Source: an uncultured Collinsella sp.
Lineage (GTDB): Bacteria > Actinomycetota > Coriobacteriia > Coriobacteriales > Coriobacteriaceae
Length of the DNA stretch: 64,000 nucleotides
Assembly: GCA_902464035.1 (NCBI GenBank)
Contig: CABQHT010000003.1
Coordinates: 236 to 64,235 of the forward strand
Direction of reading: 5' to 3'
The position numbers and the translations under genes were made by a program. The notes below the pieces were generated by a model. The model was not told the origin of the DNA. It saw only the letters and a list, made by a program, of their open reading frames with translations, and searched no databases. Below are positions 1-9,817 of the stretch, piece after piece (positions within the stretch are counted from its first letter, which is position 1; each line of letters opens with the position of its first letter).

Positions 1-173
1 CCGAGCGCATCGCTGCGCCTCTCCGTATTGTATAGACCGATCCAGCCCCCGAGCTCCTCGATGAAGCGGGCGGGGATCCAGTCCGACCAGTCCCTGCCGT
101 GCCAGAACTCCCTCTTGAGCAGGCCGAAGAAGCCCTCCATCGCCGCGTTGTCCGGGCTGCAGCCCTTGGCGGA
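1..173 (-). mobile_element. IS3-family transposase fragment (integrase core C-terminal part), truncated at its 5' side and continuing off the window edge
   Basis: Minus strand reads SAKGCSPDNAAMEGFFGLLKREFWHGRDWS...YNTERRSDAL, matching the IS3 'G-DNA-E-FF-LK-E...YN-R' motif; similarity stops abruptly near 173. Confidence 0.85.
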
Positions 174-286
174 CTGGATTGGCTACACTGATGTGGACAG
201 TTCCGGGAGGGGCGCAAGAGACGGGAAGGCCGTGTGCGCGTTCCTGCGCGAGGGCCGCGGGGAGAGGCTGCCTGGGTACGGCGCCT

Positions 287-427
287 GTCAACTCGGTCTA
301 CGTCTTTGATGACCGGGTCGTACTCAATATCAACTTCACGGATGATGCCAAAACGGTCACCCGTGAGGAAGTGTTGGGTTCGAGTGCTGTGGACAATGTT
401 CCAGCATGCTGGGATCGAACTCGCTAG
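287..427 (+). pseudogene. C-terminal remnant of a large serine (site-specific) recombinase running into an att-like site
   Basis: VNSVYVFDDRVVLNINFTDDAKTVTREEVLGSSAVDNVP resembles large serine recombinase C-termini; no N-terminus is present. Confidence 0.6.
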
Positions 428-848
428 CCGGAATCACACGATACCCGTGACGCAGCAGCAGATCGACGAAAACGCCGTCGCCCGCTGTGAGGGCGGCACT
501 GAATGTTCCGTCGTAGATGCGGCCTGCACCACACGAGGGACTACGGTCCTGTAGGATGCACGCGGCGATCTCTCTCGGGCCGCCCGCCTGCTCGCACATA
601 TTAAGCGCGCGTTGGGCACCCAGGCGAAATTCGCGATCGACCGAGATGCCCTCGCAGGTACGAACCTCGCCGTTCACAATCTCAGACGGCTTGCGCGGCG
701 TGGGCAGGCCACCGAAGACCTCGGGGCACACCAGTAAGACCTCGGTCCCCGTGCGCTCGCAAGCCTCGACCAGCTCGCGATGGTAATTGTCGAGCCCGTT
801 ATACTTACAGCTTTCACCCATCAAACAGGCACTTACCACGATCTTCAT
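357..848 (-). CDS. DUF523 family protein (2-thiouracil desulfurase TudS-like)
   Basis: MKIVVSACLMGESCKYNG, VCPEVFGGLPTPR and SPSCG motifs; SD GAGGAG upstream of ATG 848. Confidence 0.9.
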   Translation of the reverse strand: MKIVVSACLMGESCKYNGLDNYHRELVEACERTGTEVLLVCPEVFGGLPTPRKPSEIVNGEVRTCEGISVDREFRLGAQRALNMCEQAGGPREIAACILQDRSPSCGAGRIYDGTFSAALTAGDGVFVDLLLRHGYRVIPASEFDPSMLEHCPQHSNPTLPHG

Positions 849-866
849 ATAACAACTCTCCTCACG

Positions 867-905
867 CAAAAACGCCCCATTTGAGATGGACACTCAAATG
901 GGGCG
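867..905 (-). terminator. Rho-independent terminator downstream of ftsH
   Basis: 13-bp stem CGCCCCATTTGAG/CTCAAATGGGGCG followed by a T run on the minus strand. Confidence 0.8.
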
Positions 906-926
906 ATTGACACAGCGCAACTAGTA

Positions 927-2834
927 TTACTGCTGCTTTGGCATCAGCGGATTCTCGCGCGTGAGAAGATTCATAAACTCCTCGCCCGTGATCGTCTCCT
1001 TCTTGTACAGATAACGAGCCAGCTCGTGGAGCTTAAACTTGTTCTCCTTGAGGATCTGCAGGGCACGATCGTGCGCATCCTCAATCAGCTTGGCGACAAT
1101 CGCGTCCACGCGCTCGGCCGTACCGGGAGCGCAGGTAAGCGACGTGTCCTGGTTAAGGTACGCGTTCTGGACGGTACCGAGCGCCATCATGCCAAACTCA
1201 TCGGACATACCAAAGCGTGTCACCATATTACGGGCGAGCTTAGTGGCCTGCTCGATGTCGTTGGCCGCACCGGTCGTCATCTCGCCAAAGATGAGCTCCT
1301 CGGCAGCACGTCCGCCGCAGTAGACGGCGAGCTTGTCCAGAACCTCCTGGCGCGTGGTCAGGAAGCGCTCGTCCTCCTCGACCTGCATGGTGTAGCCCAG
1401 AGCACCGCTCGTGCGCGGCACGATGGTGATCTTCGTGACCGGCGCAGAGCCCTTCTGACGGGCGGCAACGATGGCATGGCCGATCTCGTGGTAAGAAACG
1501 ACCTGCTTCTCGTGGTCGGACAGCACCGTGGACTTGCGCTGCTGACCGGCGATGACAACCTCCACCGACTCCTCAAAATCGTCCTGCGTGGCGCGCTTGC
1601 GACCCTCGCGGACGGCACGCAAGGCGCCCTCGTTGATGATATTGGCCAGGTCGGCGCCCGAGGCACCGGGCGTGGCACGGGCAATCGCAGTAAGGTCGAT
1701 CGGCGGCTGCGTCTTCACGCTCTTGGCATGCAGCTCAAGGATGTTCTTGCGACCGGTCAGGTCGGGCAGCTCAACGGGGATGCGGCGGTCAAAACGACCG
1801 GGGCGCAACAAGGCCGGGTCAAGGCTATCGGGTCGGTTGGTAGCAGCGAGAACGACAATACCCTTGTGGTTATCGAAGCCGTCCATCTCGGTCAGCAGCT
1901 GGTTGAGCGTCTGCTCGCGCTCGTCGTTGCCACTAAAGCCGCCACCATCGCGCTTCTTGCCGATGGTATCGATCTCATCGATAAAGACGATGCAGGGAGC
2001 CTTTTCCTTGGCCTGCTTAAACAGGTCGCGTACCTTAGCGGCGCCACGACCGACGAACATCTCGACGAACTCGGAACCCGAAATGCTAAAGAACGGCACA
2101 CCCGCCTCGCCGGCAACGGCCTTGGCAAGCAGGGTCTTACCCGTACCCGGGGGGCCGACAAGAAGAGCACCGCGCGGCAGCTTAGCGCCGATCTCCTCGT
2201 AGCGCTGCGGCTTCTCCAGAAAGTCGACGACCTCCTTGAGGGACTCCTTAGCCTCTTCCTGGCCAGCGACGTCCTTAAAGGTCACGCCCACATCCTTGGA
2301 GGCGATCACGCGCGCGCCGGACTTGCCCAGTCCACCGCCGCCAAAACCACCGCCGCCAAAGTTCATCGACGGACCGTCATCACCCATGGCCTTCTTCATG
2401 CGGCGGTTGAGCCACCAGCCGATCAGGAAGAAAATCGCCATGGGAAGAATGAGGGTGAGCAGGTAGTAGGTCATCAGACCCGAGTTCTTATCGGGAACGA
2501 CTGACTCAAGCGAGGCGCCAGATTCAAGCACGCGATCGGTAAAGCCCGCGTCATTCGGCACGCCGGTCGTCTTGTAGGCGATGTTCTCGTCCTCGCCCTT
2601 CTTGGTGTAATAAATCGTGTAATCGTCCGTGTTGTACTCGACCTTGTCGACGCTCTTCTTATCGAGCGCTTTGACAAACGTCGAATAATCGGTCTTCGTA
2701 ATCTGCTGCGTGTGACCGATGTTGGGGAACAGAACGGTCGAGAGCACGAGGTAGACGACGAAGGCGATGAGCACGTAGAGGATCATATTCCGTCTACGTT
2801 TGTTGTCATCCATCTCCATCTGCTTGAACTCCAT
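927..2834 (-). CDS. ftsH: ATP-dependent zinc metalloprotease FtsH
   Basis: Two TM helices, Walker [17 protein letters not shown] motif, HEIGH zinc motif. Confidence 0.97.
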   Translation of the reverse strand: MEFKQMEMDDNKRRRNMILYVLIAFVVYLVLSTVLFPNIGHTQQITKTDYSTFVKALDKKSVDKVEYNTDDYTIYYTKKGEDENIAYKTTGVPNDAGFTDRVLESGASLESVVPDKNSGLMTYYLLTLILPMAIFFLIGWWLNRRMKKAMGDDGPSMNFGGGGFGGGGLGKSGARVIASKDVGVTFKDVAGQEEAKESLKEVVDFLEKPQRYEEIGAKLPRGALLVGPPGTGKTLLAKAVAGEAGVPFFSISGSEFVEMFVGRGAAKVRDLFKQAKEKAPCIVFIDEIDTIGKKRDGGGFSGNDEREQTLNQLLTEMDGFDNHKGIVVLAATNRPDSLDPALLRPGRFDRRIPVELPDLTGRKNILELHAKSVKTQPPIDLTAIARATPGASGADLANIINEGALRAVREGRKRATQDDFEESVEVVIAGQQRKSTVLSDHEKQVVSYHEIGHAIVAARQKGSAPVTKITIVPRTSGALGYTMQVEEDERFLTTRQEVLDKLAVYCGGRAAEELIFGEMTTGAANDIEQATKLARNMVTRFGMSDEFGMMALGTVQNAYLNQDTSLTCAPGTAERVDAIVAKLIEDAHDRALQILKENKFKLHELARYLYKKETITGEEFMNLLTRENPLMPKQQ

Positions 2835-2911
2835 CTACTGGGGTTGATAATGGTAACTAGAATACCCAACCCGGCCGGCGATAAACCGACGCCGAGCACG
2901 AAAGGACAGAG

Positions 2912-3397
2912 ATGGCATCACTGGAAGTCGGCAAGGTTCAGATCTACACGGGCGACGGCAAGGGCAAGACGACGGCTGCGCTGGGGCTCGCACTGCGCGC
3001 CACGGGCTATGGACTTAACGTGCTTATGCTGCAGTTTGCCAAGAAGCTGCACTGCGCCGAGCACGATGCCGCGCCGCGTCTGGGGCTACGCATTGTGCAG
3101 GCCGACCGCGATACGCCCGAGACTTGCGCCGCGCAGATCATGGAGCTCGCACGCAAGCAGATTAGCCAAGTCGACGTTCTGATTCTGGACGAACTTGGCG
3201 AGGCCATGCGACGGGGCTTTGTGACGCGCGAAGATGTCGAAGCGTTGATCACAATGAAACCGACCACCACAGAACTCGTGCTCACCGGCCGCGGCTTGCT
3301 GCCACTGGCCGATCTCGCGGACCTAGTAACCGAAATGCGCCCCATCAAACACTACTTCGACGAAGGCCTCCTAGCCCGCCAAGGCATCGAATACTAG
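2912..3397 (+). CDS. cobO: Cob(I)yrinic acid a,c-diamide adenosyltransferase (CobO/BtuR type)
   Basis: VQIYTGDGKGKTTAALG, LILDE, ELVLTGR, ADLVTEM and GIEY end. Confidence 0.92.
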   Translation: MASLEVGKVQIYTGDGKGKTTAALGLALRATGYGLNVLMLQFAKKLHCAEHDAAPRLGLRIVQADRDTPETCAAQIMELARKQISQVDVLILDELGEAMRRGFVTREDVEALITMKPTTTELVLTGRGLLPLADLADLVTEMRPIKHYFDEGLLARQGIEY

Positions 3398-3419
3398 CCA
3401 TTGGGGACGTCTCCAATGG

Positions 3420-4769
3420 CTAGGCGGTGGCGCGGCCGAGCCAGTTGCCGCTGTGGTGGTAGATGGTGAACATCGTGGCCGTGATGAACCAGGTTACAGG
3501 GTAAACCAGCAGCAGGTGCTCAAGCGACGGATCGAACGGCATAATCGCAAACACCCAGATCACCCTGAGCACGACGGTGCCAAAAATCGTGAGCAGCATG
3601 GGCTGCAAGCTCACGCCGGCACCGCGAATGGAGCCCGACGCGTTTTCGATAATCGAGAAGATCGCGTAGAACGGCGCGATAAAATGAAGAATCGTCGTGG
3701 TGTACGCCGAAATCGAAGCATCGTCGACAAACAGACGCGACAACGGACCCGAGAACACCAGCAGCACGGCAGACAGGCCACCAATGAGCATGAACGACAA
3801 CACGAGCGACGTATGGTAGCCCTTGCGCATGCGCTCGTAGTTGCGCGCGCCAAAGTTCTGTGCAGAGAACGTGGCGATCGACACGCCAAGTGCCTCGGTA
3901 ACCATCCAGACAATGCCATCCAAACGGCCCGAAAGACCCCACGCCGTGGTGACATCGGCACCAAACGAATTAACCGACACCTGAATCAAAACGTTGGAAA
4001 TCGAATACGCAGCAGACTGAAAGCCAAGCGGCAGACCACACGAGATCATGCTCTTACAAATGCCAGAATCAATGCCGAGTTTGGACAGTGAAAGCCGCCA
4101 CGCACCCGGTGCGTGCATCATACGAATCACGATCATCGTGGCGTTGGAGCAAATGGTCAGCGCCACCGCGATGCCGCAGCCCAGCGCTTCCATGTGCAGC
4201 ACGGCGACAAAGAGAATGTCGAGCGCCACGTTGACGAAGCAGCCGGAGGCAATAATGACCGCCGGACCGCGCGTGTCGCCCACGGCGCGCAACAACGCCG
4301 TCCCCATATTGAGCAGCAGCGCCGCAAACATGGCGGCAAAGTAGCAACGGGCATACGCCACACCCTCAGCCAGCAGCTCATGCGGCGTATTCATCAACAC
4401 AAGCATCGGCTCGACAAACACCATGCCCAGAATGGAAATGACAACGCCGCCCGCCAGCGCGAGCGTCATGGCCGTATGGACCGATCGGCTCAGTCGCTCA
4501 TCATCGTGCTGGCCAAAATACTGACCGGTAATGACCGCGCAGCCGGCACCGACTCCAACGCAAAAACCAATGCAGAGCTCCGTGAGCACCATCGTGGCCT
4601 GAATGCCACCCAGCGCGAGCTTGCCGCCAAACTGACCGACGATATATGTACCGATAAGCGTGTAAGCCTGCTGAAAAAACGAACTAAAGAAGATGGGGAC
4701 GCACAGCGACAGCAGCTGCTGCCAAATGACACCCTGCGTTACATCGATAGCCGTAGATTTCTTAGCCAC
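3420..4769 (-). CDS. MATE family efflux transporter
   Basis: About 12 TM helices, GQYFG / AQNFGA repeats, LRAVGDTRGP. Confidence 0.92.
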   Translation of the reverse strand: MAKKSTAIDVTQGVIWQQLLSLCVPIFFSSFFQQAYTLIGTYIVGQFGGKLALGGIQATMVLTELCIGFCVGVGAGCAVITGQYFGQHDDERLSRSVHTAMTLALAGGVVISILGMVFVEPMLVLMNTPHELLAEGVAYARCYFAAMFAALLLNMGTALLRAVGDTRGPAVIIASGCFVNVALDILFVAVLHMEALGCGIAVALTICSNATMIVIRMMHAPGAWRLSLSKLGIDSGICKSMISCGLPLGFQSAAYSISNVLIQVSVNSFGADVTTAWGLSGRLDGIVWMVTEALGVSIATFSAQNFGARNYERMRKGYHTSLVLSFMLIGGLSAVLLVFSGPLSRLFVDDASISAYTTTILHFIAPFYAIFSIIENASGSIRGAGVSLQPMLLTIFGTVVLRVIWVFAIMPFDPSLEHLLLVYPVTWFITATMFTIYHHSGNWLGRATA

Positions 4770-4894
4770 ACGCCCTCCCCACAAGCGTACGTCAAACAAC
4801 AAAACATCAATTGAACGGCAAAGCCAATATCAGCTTAGCACCGACCGACGTCGGCCGAAACGCCCCGAACCAGAGCCCGGTGCGAAATATCTGC

Positions 4895-5809
4895 CTAGTG
4901 ATACAGCCCCGGCTGGTAGTGGTACTCGTTGCTCACATGAGGGCACAGCTGCCAAAAGGCGACAGCACTTGCCGCGGCCACGTTGAGCGAATCGACCCCG
5001 TGCGCCATCGGAATACGCACGGCGCGGTCGCAGCCTGCAATGGTCTTGGCGCCCAAGCCAGCACCCTCGGTGCCCATAAAGATTGCCAGGCGGTCAATCT
5101 CCTGCAGCACGGAATCGTCCAGCGACACCGAATCATCCTTCAACGCCATGGCGGCACACGAAAAGCCGGCATCGTGCAGCGCCGCCAGCCCATCATGCGG
5201 CCATACGCGCGCCTCGCTGCCAATGCGCGTCCAGGGCACCTGGAACACCGTGCCCATGCTCACGCGGGCCGAGCGACGGTACAGCGGATCGCAGCAAGTG
5301 GGGCTCACCAAAATGCCATCGATGTTCAGCGCGGCGGCCGAGCGGAAAATCGCGCCCACGTTTGTGTGGTCGACAATACCCTCAAGCACGCATACGCGCA
5401 CCGGACGCTCCCCCGCCGCCTCGACGACGCCGCCCAAGAACTCATCGACCGGAATCTGACGCGGGCGACGGAACGCCGCGAGCGCACCGCGCGTCACGTT
5501 AAAGCCCGTCAGCTGCTCCATGAGCTCCATGGAGGCCACGAACACAGGAACCGGACCCGCGCCCTCGCGTACCGCCAGGCACTCAAACAGCGGCATCATC
5601 TGATCGAGCCAGCGCTCACCCAACAGAAAGCTCACCGGCTCGTATCCGGCGCGCACCGCACGCTCTATGATCTTGGCACTCTCGGCGATAAAGATGCCCT
5701 TTTGCGGCTCCAGCACGCAGCGCAGCTCGCGCTCGGTCAGTCGCACGTAGGCATCGAGCCGCTCGTCCTCGAGCGAATCAATTCGCAGAACCTCAACGGC
5801 ATCAGTCAT
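4895..5809 (-). CDS. TrmH/SpoU family RNA methyltransferase
   Basis: DHTNVGAIFRSA, GTEGAGL, IPM-GVDSLNVAAA SPOUT motifs. Confidence 0.93.
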   Translation of the reverse strand: MTDAVEVLRIDSLEDERLDAYVRLTERELRCVLEPQKGIFIAESAKIIERAVRAGYEPVSFLLGERWLDQMMPLFECLAVREGAGPVPVFVASMELMEQLTGFNVTRGALAAFRRPRQIPVDEFLGGVVEAAGERPVRVCVLEGIVDHTNVGAIFRSAAALNIDGILVSPTCCDPLYRRSARVSMGTVFQVPWTRIGSEARVWPHDGLAALHDAGFSCAAMALKDDSVSLDDSVLQEIDRLAIFMGTEGAGLGAKTIAGCDRAVRIPMAHGVDSLNVAAASAVAFWQLCPHVSNEYHYQPGLYH

Positions 5810-5918
5810 AGCAGCCAGCCCGCACCCTTCTTACAGCAGCATCAATATCAAACGAGGCGACGCTAGGCGCCGCCCCTCAATCATTCCAACCCGATAATAC
5901 CGTGGGCAAATAGGAGAT

Positions 5919-6437
5919 TTACACCTCAACGCGACGATACGTCACGAACTCATAATCGAGGCCTTCGTCACCCTCGCCCGCGGCAATCGTGGCAACCCCT
6001 TCGCGCTGCGCAACTTCCCACGCGGGATCGGCGTCCAAGTCGGGAAAGTACGTGTCCACGGGATGGACGCAGTGGTTATGCGTGACCTTGGCCTCGACGC
6101 AATACGGCAAAAACTGCCGATAGACATCGCCGCCACCGATAACCCACGCAACGGGCTCGTCGGCAACCGCGGCGAGCGCCTCATCGATGCTATGCACCAC
6201 GTCGACGCCCTCGGGCGTAAAATCCTCGTCGCGCGTGAGCAAGATATTGCGACGATTCTTGAGCGGACGTCCACCGGGAAAACTCAGCAGCGTCTTGCGT
6301 CCCATGATGACCGGACAGCCCTTGGTGCACGCCACAAAATGGCGCATGTCGGCGCGATTGGACACGACCATATCGCCCTCGCAGCCAATGCCCCAGTCTT
6401 CACACACGGCGACGATGGCAGAAAGCTTACACGTCAT
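5919..6437 (-). CDS. folA: Dihydrofolate reductase
   Basis: AIVAV-WGIG, VIMGRKT, PLKNRRNI, WVIGGG, DTYFP; directly downstream of thyA. Confidence 0.93.
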   Translation of the reverse strand: MTCKLSAIVAVCEDWGIGCEGDMVVSNRADMRHFVACTKGCPVIMGRKTLLSFPGGRPLKNRRNILLTRDEDFTPEGVDVVHSIDEALAAVADEPVAWVIGGGDVYRQFLPYCVEAKVTHNHCVHPVDTYFPDLDADPAWEVAQREGVATIAAGEGDEGLDYEFVTYRRVEV

Positions 6438-6446
6438 GCCCACCAC

Positions 6447-7295
6447 CTACACCGCGATGGGGATGTTCTTGACCTGCGGGCCGTGCTCATAGCCCTCGAC
6501 GATCAGATCATCGGTCGTAAACGCGTAGAAATCATGCACATCGGGGTTGAGCGTTACCTTGGGAGCCGCAAACTGCGGACGCTCGATAAGCTCGCGGACG
6601 ATATCGACATGACGGTCGTAAATGTGGGCATCGGCAATCACATGCAGCAGCTCGCCAGCGATCATATCGACCGACTGCGCAACCATCATCAGCAAAATGG
6701 CGTACTGGCACACATTCCAGTTGTTCGCAGCCAAAATATCCTGGCTGCGCTGGTTGAGAATCATGTTGAGCGTCGGTTTGTCATCCTGCGGGCGCTGCGT
6801 CACGTTATACGTCACGCTGTAGGCGCACGGATACAGGTGCATCTCGGACAGGTCGCTAAACACGTAGGTATTCGTCATAATGCGGCGGCTGTACGGCGTG
6901 TTCTTAAGGTCGTACAGCACACGGTCCATCTGATCGAAGTCACCCTCGGCATAATGGCTCTTTTGCCCAATCTGATACCCGTAGGCCTTGCCGATGGAGC
7001 CGGTCTCGTCGGCCCACTCATCCCAAATGTGGCTGTTGAGATCATGCACGTTATTGGACTTCTTTTGATAGATCCATAGGATCTCATCCATGGCAGATTT
7101 AAGGGCCGTACGACGCAATGTAAGCGCCGGAAACTCCTCACGCAGGTCGTAGCGTGCCGTGACGCCAAAGTTTTTAATGGTATAGGCAGGGGTGCCGTCC
7201 TCCCACACCGGGCGGACCTTTTGGCCCTCGGTGGTGGTGCCATGGTCCAGAATATCGCGGCACATGGTTACAAACTGTTGATCAGCCTTGCTCAT
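6447..7295 (-). CDS. thyA: Thymidylate synthase
   Basis: Start MSKADQQF with SD AGGAGG; LYPC catalytic Cys, QRSQD, AHIYDRH, IPIAV end. Confidence 0.96.
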   Translation of the reverse strand: MSKADQQFVTMCRDILDHGTTTEGQKVRPVWEDGTPAYTIKNFGVTARYDLREEFPALTLRRTALKSAMDEILWIYQKKSNNVHDLNSHIWDEWADETGSIGKAYGYQIGQKSHYAEGDFDQMDRVLYDLKNTPYSRRIMTNTYVFSDLSEMHLYPCAYSVTYNVTQRPQDDKPTLNMILNQRSQDILAANNWNVCQYAILLMMVAQSVDMIAGELLHVIADAHIYDRHVDIVRELIERPQFAAPKVTLNPDVHDFYAFTTDDLIVEGYEHGPQVKNIPIAV

Positions 7296-7378
7296 TGACC
7301 CTCCTGTCAGTCGCCTATAAGCGAGATTCATTGTAGCCCAGGCGCACGCGGCCCCACAGCCCAAACATAAGCCCTCAT

Positions 7379-7447
7379 TTTCTGACATATGCCAGAAATT
7401 CCTTGCGCAAATCTGCGCGTTCGCTATTCTATTGTTGACATATGTCA
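7379..7447. promoter_or_regulatory. Two copies of palindromic operator TGACATATG(T/C)CA between thyA and the DUF134 gene
   Basis: TTTCTGACATATGCCAGAAA at 7379-7398 and TGACATATGTCA at 7436-7447. Confidence 0.55.
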
Positions 7448-7461
7448 GATAAGGAGTGCAC

Positions 7462-8226
7462 ATGGCAGGAAGACGCGAGAAACTGCGCCGCGTCGGGATC
7501 ATCCCCGAATACCGCGGCTTTACCCCCGACGGCCTTGCCAGCGGAGACGCCATCGACATGACAATCGACGAGCTCGAAGTCCTACGCCTGTGCGACCTGG
7601 AAGGCCTCAATCAGGAGGCCGTCGCCCAGCACATGGGCATTGCCCGTGCCACGGTGGCGGCTATTTGCAGCCGAGCGCATCGCAAGGTGGCAAACGCGTT
7701 GGTCAATGGTCGGGCGCTCATCATCGAAGGCGGCAGTATCGCGTACTCCCCCATCACCACAACAACGGCCGCATGGCCAGCAAAGGAGGTCGACACCATG
7801 AGGGTGGCAACCACGTACGACAACGGCAACATCTTTATGCACTTTGGCCGCAGCGAACAGTTCAAGATCTACGACATTCAGGATGGCAAGGTACTCAACG
7901 AGCAGGTCGTGGGCACCGGCGGCACTGGTCACGGTGCATTGGCGGGCCTGCTTGCCAACGGCGGCGTCGACACGCTCATCTGCGGCGGCATCGGCGGAGG
8001 CGCTATCAACGCGCTTGCCCAAGCCGGCATCACGGTATACGCAGGTGCCCAGGGCAGCTGCGACGCTTGCGTCGAGGCCCTTATCGCCGGCACGCTCGCA
8101 CAGAACGGCGAAGCCACGTGCGGCTGCCACGGTCATGACCACGACCACGCCCACGAACATGGCGAGCCCTGCGGCTGCCACGGCCATCACGAGCACAAGG
8201 GCCACGAGGGTTGCGGCTGCCACTAA
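7462..8226 (+). CDS. DUF134 HTH protein fused to a NifB/NifX (FeMo-cofactor-binding) domain with His/Cys-rich tail
   Basis: DELEVLRLCDLEGLNQEAVAQHMGIARAT (DUF134); HFGRSEQF and LICGGIG (NifX-like); CGCHGHDHDH tail. Confidence 0.88.
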   Translation: MAGRREKLRRVGIIPEYRGFTPDGLASGDAIDMTIDELEVLRLCDLEGLNQEAVAQHMGIARATVAAICSRAHRKVANALVNGRALIIEGGSIAYSPITTTTAAWPAKEVDTMRVATTYDNGNIFMHFGRSEQFKIYDIQDGKVLNEQVVGTGGTGHGALAGLLANGGVDTLICGGIGGGAINALAQAGITVYAGAQGSCDACVEALIAGTLAQNGEATCGCHGHDHDHAHEHGEPCGCHGHHEHKGHEGCGCH

Positions 8227-8273
8227 CGACACGGCACTGCGACCTCAGGCCGCTCAATCAAATAAAAGCAGCG

Positions 8274-8306
8274 AAGGCCGCCTGGGACATAATCCGGGCG
8301 GCCTTT
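8274..8306. terminator. Hairpin terminator between convergent DUF134 gene and ffh
   Basis: AAGGCCGCCTGG / CCGGGCGGCCTT stem. Confidence 0.6.
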
Positions 8307-8331
8307 GCCATATCAAGCTGGAATTACAGCT

Positions 8332-9807
8332 CTATTTCTTATTACGCATCTGCGCTTCCATCTGGCGTAGCAGTTCCATATCGGACTTGGGACCGCCCGT
8401 ACCCAGGCCGCCCATGCCGCCCAGACCCATAGCGTCCAGGCCAGGGATATTGGGCATGCGCATCTTCTTGCCCTTCTTTCCCTTTTTGCCCTTTTTGCCG
8501 CCGGCCTGTGCCTGATTGGCCATCGTGCGCATGCGCCCCATCATCTTATTCATCTCGCCCCACTGCTTCATAAGGCTGTTGACCTCGGTGGGGGTTACGC
8601 CGGCTCCCTTGGCAATGCGGGCGCGGCGCTGGCCGTTGATGATGGAGGGACGCAGGCGCTCCTCCTTGGTCATCGACATGATAATGGCCTCGTTCTTATC
8701 GAAGATGCCCTCGTCCAAGTTGCCGCCCATCTGGTTGAGCGCGCGCTGGCCACCGGGGAGCATGCCCAGGATACCCTTCATGCCGCCCATCTTTTTGACG
8801 GCCTTCATCTGGTCGAGCATGTCGTTCATGGTGAAGCCCTCGCGCAGCATACGCTCGGCAGCCTCGAGCTGCTCGGCGTCGGCGGCCTCCTGAGCCTTCT
8901 CGATGATGCCGACGACATCGCCCATGCCCAAGATGCGCTTGGCCATGCGGTCCGGGTAAAACGGCTCCAGCGAGTCGGGCTTCTCGCCCATGCTCACAAA
9001 CTTGATGGGCTTGCCGGTCACCTGACGCACCGAAAGTGCGCCACCACCACGGGCATCGCCGTCGAGCTTGGAGATAATCACGCCATCAAAGTCGGTGCGC
9101 TCGGCAAACGTCGAGACCACGTTGACGATGTCCTGGCCGGTCATGGCGTCGACGACCATCAGCACCTGGTCGGGCTTGACGGCCTTCTTGATATCGACGG
9201 CCTCCTGCATCATCTGCTCGTCGATCTGAAGACGACCGGCGGTATCGACAATCACCACGTCGCGCAGGTGGTCGACGGCCTCCTGGATGGCGCCCTTTGC
9301 AATATCGATCGGGTGCGCACCGTCGCCGCGGAAGACCGGTACGCCGATCTCACCACCGAGCGTGGCCAGCTGGTCGGCAGCGGCGGGACGGTAGACGTCG
9401 CACGCGGCGAGCAACGGCGAGCGGCCCTGCTTCTTGAGCAGGTAGGCCAGCTTTACGGCAGCCGTGGTCTTACCGGAGCCCTGCAGGCCCACGAGCATGA
9501 TGACATTGGGAATGCGGTTGCTAAAGACGAGCTTGCTCTCGGTTGAGCCAAGCATCTCGGTGAGCTCGTCGAGCACGATCTTGACGACGTTTTGCGCCGG
9601 CGACAGCGACTCCATGACCTCAGCGGTCATGCAGCGTTCCTTGGTCTTGGCAACGAACTCCTTGACGACCTTAAAGTTAACGTCGGCCTCGAGCAGCGCC
9701 ATGCGAATATCGCGCATAGCCGAAGTAATATCGGCCTCGGTCAGCTTACCCTTGCCGCGCAGGCGGTCAAATGTGTCGTTGAGGCGATCGCTCAGAGAAT
9801 CAAACAC
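8332..9807 (-). CDS. ffh: Signal recognition particle protein
   Basis: GLQGSGKTT, DTAGR, KLDGDARGG, Met-rich M domain. Confidence 0.98.
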   Translation of the reverse strand: MFDSLSDRLNDTFDRLRGKGKLTEADITSAMRDIRMALLEADVNFKVVKEFVAKTKERCMTAEVMESLSPAQNVVKIVLDELTEMLGSTESKLVFSNRIPNVIMLVGLQGSGKTTAAVKLAYLLKKQGRSPLLAACDVYRPAAADQLATLGGEIGVPVFRGDGAHPIDIAKGAIQEAVDHLRDVVIVDTAGRLQIDEQMMQEAVDIKKAVKPDQVLMVVDAMTGQDIVNVVSTFAERTDFDGVIISKLDGDARGGGALSVRQVTGKPIKFVSMGEKPDSLEPFYPDRMAKRILGMGDVVGIIEKAQEAADAEQLEAAERMLREGFTMNDMLDQMKAVKKMGGMKGILGMLPGGQRALNQMGGNLDEGIFDKNEAIIMSMTKEERLRPSIINGQRRARIAKGAGVTPTEVNSLMKQWGEMNKMMGRMRTMANQAQAGGKKGKKGKKGKKMRMPNIPGLDAMGLGGMGGLGTGGPKSDMELLRQMEAQMRNKK

Positions 9808-9817
9808 TGGTCACTCC

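Noticed and set aside
376..403. tRNA fragment suggested by GGTTCGAGT...CCA
   Set aside because: No cloverleaf; better explained as a serine-recombinase att-like site
7296..7610. N-terminal extension of the thyA ORF to 387 aa
   Set aside because: The true start with SD is at 7295; the extension overlaps the divergent DUF134 gene
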